From Candidatus Caldipriscus sp. T1.2 (GTDB taxonomy: Bacteria > Hydrothermota > Hydrothermia > LBFQ01): a DNA stretch of 27,752 bases. The notes beneath the pieces were generated by a model. It made no database searches and was not told where the DNA came from. It worked only from the letters and a program-made list of their open reading frames with translations. Position 1 is the first letter of the stretch, and the number at the start of each line of letters is the position of its first letter. A program made the translations under genes and the position numbers. The stretch is from the NCBI GenBank assembly GCA_000980735.1, contig LBFQ01000007.1, positions 11,904 to 39,655 on the forward strand. The letters are read 5' to 3'. Shown piece by piece: positions 1 through 7,067 of the stretch.

Positions 1-36
1 GCTTGCATGCCTGCAGGTCGACTCTAGAGGATCCCC
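1..36. other. Cloning-vector polylinker remnant (HindIII part-SphI-PstI-SalI-XbaI-BamHI-half SmaI)
   Basis: gcttgcatgcctgcaggtcgactctagaggatcccc is the pUC-type multiple cloning site ending in a blunt SmaI half-site. The first residues of ORF 3..602 (MHACRSTLEDP) are vector-derived. Confidence 0.97.
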
Positions 37-602
37 ATGTAAAGGGGGAGATCCCGAAGGGTCCCATGGTTTTAGCTATGAACCACCACAGCTATTTCGA
101 CGGACATTTAATGGGGTTCCTTGCCAAGTTGGAGGGTCAAAAGTTTAACATACTGGTATCGGAAGAGAACCTGAAGGCCTTTCCGGTCCTTAAGCTGGTC
201 GGAGCCCTTGAGGCAAGGAGATTGAGGGAGGCCCTTAAAAGACTCAAGATGGGAGAATGGGTGGTGATCTTTCCCGAAGGGGAGATGTATTACCCGGGAC
301 CCTTAGGTCCCCTTAAGCCGGGGGCAGTTTGGCTTGCGAGAAAGGCGGGGGTTCCGATCTTACCGATAGCCTGTCGTGTGGCCGTCAGAGGGTTTGAGCA
401 CCCCGAGGCTTTCCTCTTAGTGTCTCCCCCAATTTCGCCGGATGAGGATTTAGAAAGGGTTTTGGGTGGAGCCCTTCGGGAGTTGGATGATATCTTACGG
501 AACACGCACCCAAGGGAGATCCCGGAGGGTTTTAGAGAGATTTTGAAAGGAAGGCGGAGCTTAGATGAGAGGATGTTACCCTTGGCTAGGCTTATCCGAT
601 GA
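37..602 (+). CDS. PlsC-like (lysophospholipid-type) acyltransferase, 5'-truncated; probable carotenoid glycoside acyltransferase (CruD-like)
   Basis: Motifs NHHSYFD (HxxxD), IFPEG and PILP. ATGA overlap with the downstream GT2. The pairing resembles carotenoid glycosyl-ester acyltransferase/glycosyltransferase pairs. Confidence 0.8.
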
Positions 603-1615
603 TGGATGGGTTTTTCTCCAACATCCTACTATTCCTCCTTTTGAGGTGGCCTGTTTTCATCTATAACCTTTTAAGGTTCCCGCGCCTAAAACCTATGCCT
701 ACGCCGGAAAACCCCACGGTATCCATTTTGATTCCTGCTAGAAACGAAGCTGAGAATCTTAAGCGCACCCTACCTTCCGTACTCCGTCAAGGTGCCTCAG
801 AGGTCTTGGTTCTGGACGACCTATCCGAAGACGAAACCGCCCAAGTTGCCCAAGAGATCGGTCAAGGTTATCCGGGATTCCGCCTCTTGCGTGGGAAACC
901 TCCCCCTCAGGGTTGGGTGGGGAAAAACTGGGCATGCTGGCAGTTGGCCCAGGAAGCTCGGGGGGAAATTCTCGTTTTCACGGATGCGGATGTATTCTGG
1001 GAGGAGGGAGCGTTGGGTGGGCTTATTTCCGCCTTGGAGGGTAAGGATCTGGTATCGGCACTGACTCGACAGGAAGGGGACACCGCGGGTATGTTGGTTT
1101 TCCTTATGAACGGGCTCTTCTCATTCCTGCCTCATCCTGCCCTTGAGGCTTTGCGCTTTGCGAACGGGCAGGTTTTAGCTTTCCGTAGGGGTGCATACTG
1201 GTCCATAGGGGGACACCAAGCGGTGAAGAATGAGGTTCTGGAGGATATCGCCATTGCCAGAAGGGTAAAAAATTACGGTCTATATTTGGGCTTGGATCTT
1301 TTCAGGGTGAGAATGTATAGGAATTATTTGGAGACGATTCAGGGTCTTGGAAAGAACTTTTTGGATATCCACATGAAAAACCCGGCCATCCTTTTAAGCG
1401 CCGCCTTTTACCACCTGTTCCTTTACACCATACCATGGCTATTCGGTCGCTGGGATCTTGGGCTTCTTGGGATCCTTGAACGTGCTGTTGTACAGATTGC
1501 ACTTAAGGACCGCCTCCTTCCCGCCTTTTTTACGCCCCTCGCTCCCATCCTTTTTTTGCCCATATACATCAGGGCTCTGCTACCGGGAAAAACCTGGAAG
1601 GGGAGGCCGGTTTAA
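599..1615 (+). CDS. Family 2 glycosyltransferase with N- and C-terminal membrane anchors; probable carotenoid glucosyltransferase (CruC-like)
   Basis: SILIPARNE, VLDDLSED, GWVGKNWAC, FTDADV (DxD), ANGQ, LEDIAIAR and RMY motifs, typical of the HpnB/CruC-like GT2 subgroup. Confidence 0.85.
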   Translation: MMDGFFSNILLFLLLRWPVFIYNLLRFPRLKPMPTPENPTVSILIPARNEAENLKRTLPSVLRQGASEVLVLDDLSEDETAQVAQEIGQGYPGFRLLRGKPPPQGWVGKNWACWQLAQEARGEILVFTDADVFWEEGALGGLISALEGKDLVSALTRQEGDTAGMLVFLMNGLFSFLPHPALEALRFANGQVLAFRRGAYWSIGGHQAVKNEVLEDIAIARRVKNYGLYLGLDLFRVRMYRNYLETIQGLGKNFLDIHMKNPAILLSAAFYHLFLYTIPWLFGRWDLGLLGILERAVVQIALKDRLLPAFFTPLAPILFLPIYIRALLPGKTWKGRPV

Positions 1616-1626
1616 ATTTTCATCCA

Positions 1627-1632
1627 TATAAT
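1627..1632 (+). promoter_or_regulatory. -10 element (CCA-TATAAT) of the cobalamin-riboswitch transcript
   Basis: TATAAT 6 nt before the first stem of the riboswitch (1639). Confidence 0.7.
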
Positions 1633-1638
1633 ACCTAA

Positions 1639-1785
1639 CCTTCCGGGTTGAGGGAATCCCGTGAAAATCGGGAGCCGTCCCGGCGGCCGTGAGGGGGAAC
1701 GAAACCCAAAAAGGCCACTGCCCGAATGGGTGGGAAGGCCGGGGAGTAGGATTTTGCCCCCGAGCCGGAAGACCTGCCCGGAAGG
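1639..1785 (+). promoter_or_regulatory. Cobalamin (AdoCbl) riboswitch
   Basis: P1 ccttccggg (1639-47) pairs with cccggaagg (1777-85). Conserved AGGGAA-CCCGTGAAAATCGGG, GCCACTG, GGGAAGG and B12-box GAGCCGGAAGACCTGCC. Lies upstream of a TonB receptor. Confidence 0.93.
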
Positions 1786-1841
1786 GATCCAGGGGAAGGT
1801 GCCGGGGCTCGCCTTCCCTTAGGGGTTAAATAGGTAAGAAT

Positions 1842-2957
1842 ATGAAAAGGTTTCTTGCATTGTTGCTTTTTGGTGTTTCCCTCTTTGCGCAGAGGGTTGT
1901 AGTCGTGCATAGCGTCTGGGGATCGCCGGGTGGTATCTCTCTAATGAACGTCTTTCCCCCCTTCTCCCTGAGAAACGGCATCTCACCGCACGGGGCTACT
2001 CTAAACAAGGTGATATACTCCTCCGGGCATCTCTTCACCGTAAGTTCTGGAAACGGGAAGGTCTACATTTTCACCGACGATAACATCCCGAATTTGCAGG
2101 ATAGCATTGAGATCGGACCGATGACAAACCCATACTCCGCAGCAGTTTTAGGGGACAAAATCCTCGTTAGCCTTTGGGCGGTGGATAGCCTAGTTTCTTA
2201 CGACATAAACACAAAGAACCGCTTATGGGGCCTTGGAGTTTGGAGGAGCCCCCAGTACGTGGGATATAACGGAGGTTATTACTTTGCGATCTCAACGGGA
2301 TACAACAGGAGCACATTCACCACCGACACATCAATAATATACAAGATTGACACTCTCGGCAACATAGTAGATTCCCTTAAACTGGGGATAAACCTACTCT
2401 ATATGGACTTCCTTGGGGGAGATTCCGCGATAATTTCGGGTGGTGATTTCTTCACAGGCTCAACCTGGAAAATCTATATAATTTCAACGAATCCTTTAGC
2501 AGTTTTGGATAGCGTTTCTGCTCCCGCAAGTTTCGGGTTCGTAAAGAGGATAAACGGCGATACGGTTTTGGCTTTGAGCTATTTCTGGGCTTATTACTAC
2601 TTAATTTCCTCAAGGGCTTTCATCCCATTGCCCCTTGGAAGCTATTACGGATTTTCCGAGGGTGAGGTTTATAACGAGAGGCTATTTATCCTTGCGGCGG
2701 GAAATTACACATCAAACGGCGATCTAATAGTTTTCAATAGAAATACCAACACAATAGAGCATGTAGCCACCGTTGATGTGGGTCCAATATCCATAACCCT
2801 ATCCCCCACCACCCTATCCTCAAGGGAGTACATTGTAAGGGGACCTGGGGTTAAGGGAATATACGACGTTTCGGGGAGGAAAGTGGATAAGTTAAACGGA
2901 AAGGGTGTATATTTCATAGTTGATGGGAAAACCTTAAGGAGGGTTGTATTACGTTAA
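1842..2957 (+). CDS. Secreted YncE/BtuG-like beta-propeller protein with a short T9SS-type C-terminal sorting domain; putative cobalamin-binding protein
   Basis: Signal peptide MKRFLALLLFGVSLFA. Repeated propeller-type strands (NPYSAAV, SPQYVG). C-terminal IYDVSGRKV...GVYFI motif. First gene behind a B12 riboswitch. Confidence 0.75.
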   Translation: MKRFLALLLFGVSLFAQRVVVVHSVWGSPGGISLMNVFPPFSLRNGISPHGATLNKVIYSSGHLFTVSSGNGKVYIFTDDNIPNLQDSIEIGPMTNPYSAAVLGDKILVSLWAVDSLVSYDINTKNRLWGLGVWRSPQYVGYNGGYYFAISTGYNRSTFTTDTSIIYKIDTLGNIVDSLKLGINLLYMDFLGGDSAIISGGDFFTGSTWKIYIISTNPLAVLDSVSAPASFGFVKRINGDTVLALSYFWAYYYLISSRAFIPLPLGSYYGFSEGEVYNERLFILAAGNYTSNGDLIVFNRNTNTIEHVATVDVGPISITLSPTTLSSREYIVRGPGVKGIYDVSGRKVDKLNGKGVYFIVDGKTLRRVVLR

Positions 2958-2977
2958 GCTTTCTGCTTCCCGAGATA

Positions 2978-4405
2978 GTGGTGGAGGCGGAGGTGGGGGA
3001 AACCCTAAGCTTAAAACCTTACACCTCCCCCTACCTCTCCGCCTCCTCCCTTCCCTTATCCTTCGGATTTACTTACGGTTCCTATTCGGATCTTTCCGGA
3101 GTTTCAATAAAGGGTGGGCACCCAAAGGGAAACGCTGTTTATATTAACGGCGTTTTAATAAACCAACCCCAAAGTTCCTACGCGGACCTTACCGATATAT
3201 CCCAGTTTTTGTTTGGGACAATTCGGATTGTGGATGGGGGATTTTCCCCATATTCCTTTTACGGAAATCTGAACTTTAAGCCCTCGAGGAGTAAAGCATT
3301 TTACGGTTTTTTAAATAGCTTTCTCGGTTTTTCATTGGGGCTTAGGGATAGCATTGGGGGTTTTGATTGCGGAAATTTAATTGGTGGAAGGGACACACTA
3401 ACATTCTTAGAGGGGGTGGTGTTTGCCGGAGGTTTTTGGAACATTAGATTTTCAAGGAAGAGGACATCGGGAATGGAAGGATTTCCGCAAAGTTCTGGCA
3501 TCCAAACGGATATAAGGATTCTGGGAAAGTTTAAAGATTTTGAGCTCCTTATTCTGGGCAGGGAATGGGAGGATGTTTTTGTCAAGTCCCAACATACGAA
3601 CCTTAGGTTGGGTAGGGGATTTGAATTTTCAAAATTCAGGCTTTTAACTTACCTTGAGGGGATCAAAAGCTCAAACGTGGGGGAAAAATTTAGGCCTATC
3701 CTTTACATATCAAGGGATTTTAGGCTTTACTGGGGCATTATTTCATCCAACGTTTGGACGGATGGGAAAAGGATCGGGTACGGTTCGTTTTTGAACTTTC
3801 CTTTGAAGGTTGCAAACTTTAGCTTTTCCCTTTCCAACAGGATCCCTTCTTTTGACGAGTTATATTGGAAGGGGGCTCAGGCGGAAGGGAACCCAAACCT
3901 AAAAAACGAAAAGGCTATAACTCTAACTTCGGATTTAAACCTTAAGGGCTTTTACCTTTCAGCTTTCTTTAGGAGGGTTTGGGATCTTATAGAGTGGAGG
4001 AACTATGGGGGAATATGGAGACCTGAGAACGTCGGGGGTGGAAGGATGTGGGGGGCAAGCTTTGGGGCAAATTTTCTCGGTTTCAAAATTAAATACGACA
4101 GAATTTACGCTTACTATGACTCTGGAAAAAGGATGATATACAGGCCCAGGAATTCTTACTTTGCCTCCCTTTCAGCCCACAACCTTGAGCTTTCCTTTCT
4201 CTATTTGGATCCGAGGTTTTCAAACCCATCAAACACCCGCTTTTTGGATTTTTTCCTGAGGATTGACGGATATTTGAAATTTGAAATTTGGGGAAAGGGT
4301 TTCCTCTTTGGTGTGGAGAACATAACAAACAGGAAGAATTACTTTATTGAGGGCTACCCATCAAGGGGTAGGACTTTTGTCTTCTCCGTTTTCGGAAAAC
4401 TTTAA
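2978..4405 (+). CDS. TonB-dependent outer-membrane receptor, BtuB-like (short); true start may be ATT at 2948
   Basis: Plug motif VSIKGG...VYINGVLIN...DL...IRIVDGG.S..YG.LNF. Barrel motifs RIPSFDELYW, GNPNLKNE, GVENITN and YPSRGRTF. B12 riboswitch operon. Confidence 0.8.
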   Translation: MVEAEVGETLSLKPYTSPYLSASSLPLSFGFTYGSYSDLSGVSIKGGHPKGNAVYINGVLINQPQSSYADLTDISQFLFGTIRIVDGGFSPYSFYGNLNFKPSRSKAFYGFLNSFLGFSLGLRDSIGGFDCGNLIGGRDTLTFLEGVVFAGGFWNIRFSRKRTSGMEGFPQSSGIQTDIRILGKFKDFELLILGREWEDVFVKSQHTNLRLGRGFEFSKFRLLTYLEGIKSSNVGEKFRPILYISRDFRLYWGIISSNVWTDGKRIGYGSFLNFPLKVANFSFSLSNRIPSFDELYWKGAQAEGNPNLKNEKAITLTSDLNLKGFYLSAFFRRVWDLIEWRNYGGIWRPENVGGGRMWGASFGANFLGFKIKYDRIYAYYDSGKRMIYRPRNSYFASLSAHNLELSFLYLDPRFSNPSNTRFLDFFLRIDGYLKFEIWGKGFLFGVENITNRKNYFIEGYPSRGRTFVFSVFGKL

Positions 4406-5445
4406 AACTTCTCTATGATCTGGTATATCAAAAGGGATGTGCCTACATCAAAGGTTGCCTGAACTACTGGGGAGAACCTGTAGTAATCGGATCCTATTAT
4501 ATATCCGGGAGCGAGAGCCGCCCAATAAGCCAAGGTTGGCACCGCTGAATAAATTAAACCTTCAAGGAGAGAAAAGTCCTTTTTCTTTACGATTTTGTAA
4601 GATAAATACCCCCCAAGGGCCATACCCGCAAGGTTTGCAAATCCCCCAACCCTTTCAAAAACGGGATCTCGGTTGTAATACCCGAATAAAGAAGCCCCGA
4701 CAAAATCCTGGATAGAATCCTTGTGGGTTAAAGAATATAATAACCTAATCGGAGCCTCAAGGACAAAAGCACCCTTTGCTATGTTTGATGCTATAAACAA
4801 GGCATCCCCGTCCGTTATACTGTAATCGTTATGCGTTAGGGCAAATGCCCCAAGACCCCCGGCTATTGAAAGACCTGTTATTATCCCTAAATCCAACTTG
4901 CCCTCACCTTCACTTTTTGAGTCAAACACCCACCTTCCAAATATTAACCTCTTCAGTTGGTTATATGCATAAGGAAGTTGAACGGCGGAGACGGTTTTTA
5001 AGACGTAAGCGCCATCCGAACCACCCTGCAAACCCGAGAGATATCCCGCGGCATTCCCCCCCGAAAGTCCCAAGAGAAACAGGGTGGTATAAAGCTTGGG
5101 ATCCCAATTTTCAGTATAGACCGATATATTTGCTATTAGAAGTATAGACCATATCATACCATCTACCGCTCCCGTAAAGGATGAAACTGCCAATGGTTTT
5201 TTGATGTTTGTGGAGAGTGCAAAAGCTCCGTTTGCCATTAGGCAAGCCATAGGAGTCATACACGCGGCGCATGAGGCGTACCTCTCATCCTCTGAAGTAG
5301 AAAGAACCCAGAAGAATGCCGCAGTAGGGTAAGCGGTACTTCCGAGGAGGCACTGTCCCGCGAGGAACCTGAAAGTTTCCTCTCTACTTACCCCATCACT
5401 TTTCACCGTATCCGCATTTTGGGAAAGGAGGATCAGGCCAAGCAT
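4402..5445 (-). CDS. Uncharacterised multi-pass membrane protein (paralogue A)
   Basis: 347 aa with several Gly/Ala-rich hydrophobic helices. Clearly paralogous to 5453..6840. Confidence 0.75.
   Translation of the reverse strand: MLGLILLSQNADTVKSDGVSREETFRFLAGQCLLGSTAYPTAAFFWVLSTSEDERYASCAACMTPMACLMANGAFALSTNIKKPLAVSSFTGAVDGMIWSILLIANISVYTENWDPKLYTTLFLLGLSGGNAAGYLSGLQGGSDGAYVLKTVSAVQLPYAYNQLKRLIFGRWVFDSKSEGEGKLDLGIITGLSIAGGLGAFALTHNDYSITDGDALFIASNIAKGAFVLEAPIRLLYSLTHKDSIQDFVGASLFGYYNRDPVFERVGGFANLAGMALGGYLSYKIVKKKDFSLLEGLIYSAVPTLAYWAALAPGYIIGSDYYRFSPVVQATFDVGTSLLIYQIIEKF
4571..4680. repeat. 110-bp perfect direct repeat, copy 1
   Basis: Identical by eye to 5595..5704. The flanks diverge. Confidence 0.9.
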
Positions 5446-5451
5446 ATAGAA

Positions 5452-5457
5452 ATTATA
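5452..5457 (-). promoter_or_regulatory. -10 element (CCT-TATAAT) 6 nt upstream of the paralogue A ATG; overlaps the stop codon of paralogue B
   Basis: attata at 5452-57 followed by agg; ATG at 5445. Confidence 0.6.
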
Positions 5458-6840
5458 AGGTGGATTTATAAATAATGATTAAAATACCGATGTCAAGAAT
5501 ACTGGTCATAATGGGTGCAAAAGGGTTTTCCATAGGACCTAAAGCGGGGTAATACATAAGGGGTACAAACGCATAAATTATCCCTGTTGTTAGGGAAAAG
5601 TCCTTTTTCTTTACGATTTTGTAAGATAAATACCCCCCAAGGGCCATACCCGCAAGGTTTGCAAATCCCCCAACCCTTTCAAAAACGGGATCTCGGTTGT
5701 AATATCCGAAGAAGGTACCGCCAAAATCCCTACGGGTGCTAGCGTATAATACCTTAATTGGAGCCTCAAGAGCAAAGGCACCTCTTATCATGTTTGATGC
5801 CATAAATAGGGCATCCCCGGCTGTTATACTGTGATCGTTATATGTTAGGGTAAATGTCCCAAGACCTCCAACTATTGAAAGGCCTGTTATTATTCCTAAA
5901 TCCGCCTTAATCTCACCTTCGCTTTCTGAGTCAAACGCCCACCTTCCAAGTATTATCCTCTTCAGTTGGTTGTATGCGTAGGGAAGTTGAACGGCTGAGA
6001 CGGTTTTTAAAATATGCGCCCCCTCGGAACCCCCGAAACTTCCCGCCAAGGTCCCCGCTAAATTACCCGCGGATAATCCAAATATTGCAAACATATAAAA
6101 GATCCTTGGGTCCCATTCATTTACATAATGATAATAGTTTGCCGAAATTAAGGAACCCCATATCAGGCCATCAAGGGCACCTGCAAAGGAGGAGACCCCC
6201 ATAGGTTTCCTTATTGGATATTTTGTGATCCTTGTAAAGATATAACAGGCTATCGGTGAAAGGGCGGCGCACCACAATACCGCCTGCGGAACGGGTTCCT
6301 TTGAAGAATAAGAATATTGGGAATATCGGATACTTGATGTTTTATTTGGTAAAAAGTAGGGGGTGGGTGATGCACAGGTAGTTGTTGAACCGCCTGAGCT
6401 CGAACAACCACCGCTTGACCCCCCTGAGCTACCACCTCCCGAACAATCACCGCTTGAGCTACCACCTCCCGAACAACATCACCACCTCCCGAACAATCAC
6501 CACCTGAACAACCACCACCTGAACAATCACCACTACTTCCACCTGAGCAATCACCACCACCCGTTGCACAATCAAAGGTGGGACCCGTACAGCTTCCGAA
6601 ATCCCATGAAGGGGAACTACAACCCATTATGTTTCCAAAGTCGCAACTTGGAGGTACAAAGGTACCTATGTTGAAACAACATTGAGAACTTGAAGGTTGG
6701 GGTGGATTGATATAACCTTGCAAGAGGGTGAGGGCTGCGACTGTGGTTAAAGCCTGTGATGTTGCGAACCTCTTCTCCTCAAGCGTATCTCTTACAAGGA
6801 TCGTATCCGCATTTTGGGAAAGGAGAATAATGCTAATCAT
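5453..6840 (-). CDS. Uncharacterised multi-pass membrane protein (paralogue B) with Cys/Gly/Ser-rich insert; frameshift at about 6476-6478
   Basis: Starts MISIILLSQNADT (paralogue A starts MLGLILLSQNADT). The frame of 5453..6277 stays open upstream to 6478 and reads CSGGGSSSGDCSGGG..., continuing the GDCSGG repeats of ORF 6250..6939. The joined protein is about 460 aa. Confidence 0.75.
5595..5704. repeat. 110-bp perfect direct repeat, copy 2
   Basis: Identical to 4571..4680. Confidence 0.9.
6389..6561 (-). repeat. Imperfect tandem repeat encoding (G)n-D-C-S units
   Basis: accacctcccgaacaa at 6431, 6461 and 6481, plus related acctgaacaa units. Confidence 0.85.
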
Positions 6841-6846
6841 AAAAGA

Positions 6847-6852
6847 ATTATA
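6847..6852 (-). promoter_or_regulatory. -10 element (TATAAT) 6 nt upstream of the paralogue B ATG
   Basis: attata at 6847-52; ATG at 6840. Confidence 0.6.
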
Positions 6853-6914
6853 ATGGGGATTAAAATAACGCGAGGTTAAGAAGGTTAAAATAAAAGTGGG
6901 GGTTGTTGCATCCA

Positions 6915-6920
6915 TATAAT
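6915..6920 (+). promoter_or_regulatory. -10 element (CCA-TATAAT) 8 nt upstream of rpmH
   Basis: TATAAT at 6915-20; ATG at 6929; no SD in between. Confidence 0.65.
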
Positions 6921-6928
6921 TTCCGCCT

Positions 6929-7066
6929 ATGTCCATCACCTATAATAAACCCTCTTGGAGGAAGAGAAAGCGCAGGCATGGGTTTTTGGCGAGGATGAGG
7001 ACTCCGGGTGGAAGGAGGGTTTTAAAGAGGAGGCGCAAGAAAGGAAGGAAAAGGCTGACGGTTTAG
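6929..7066 (+). CDS. rpmH: 50S ribosomal protein L34
   Basis: Translated by hand: [45 protein letters not shown]. Contains the L34 signature HGF..RM.T..GR.VL.RRR.KGRK.L. Below the ORF-track size cut-off. Confidence 0.97.
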   Translation: MSITYNKPSWRKRKRRHGFLARMRTPGGRRVLKRRRKKGRKRLTV

Positions 7067-7067
7067 T

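Noticed and set aside
3-36. N-terminus MHACRSTLEDP of ORF 3..602
   Set aside because: Translation of the vector polylinker, not biological.
6431-6520. Short direct repeats resembling a mini CRISPR array
   Set aside because: Units are 16-20 nt, nearly adjacent, codon-phased and lack unique 30-40 nt spacers. No cas genes in the window.
6363-6674. His/Asn-rich plus-strand ORF (HHHLPNNHHHLNN...) suggesting a metal-binding peptide
   Set aside because: Antisense shadow of the Gly/Cys codon repeat. It has no -10 or SD, while the minus-strand frame has a paralogue-supported start.
6841-6939. N-terminal extension (MMDIGGNY...) of ORF 6250..6939
   Set aside because: Overlaps the start of rpmH and both promoters. 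The paralogue alignment places the start at 6840.
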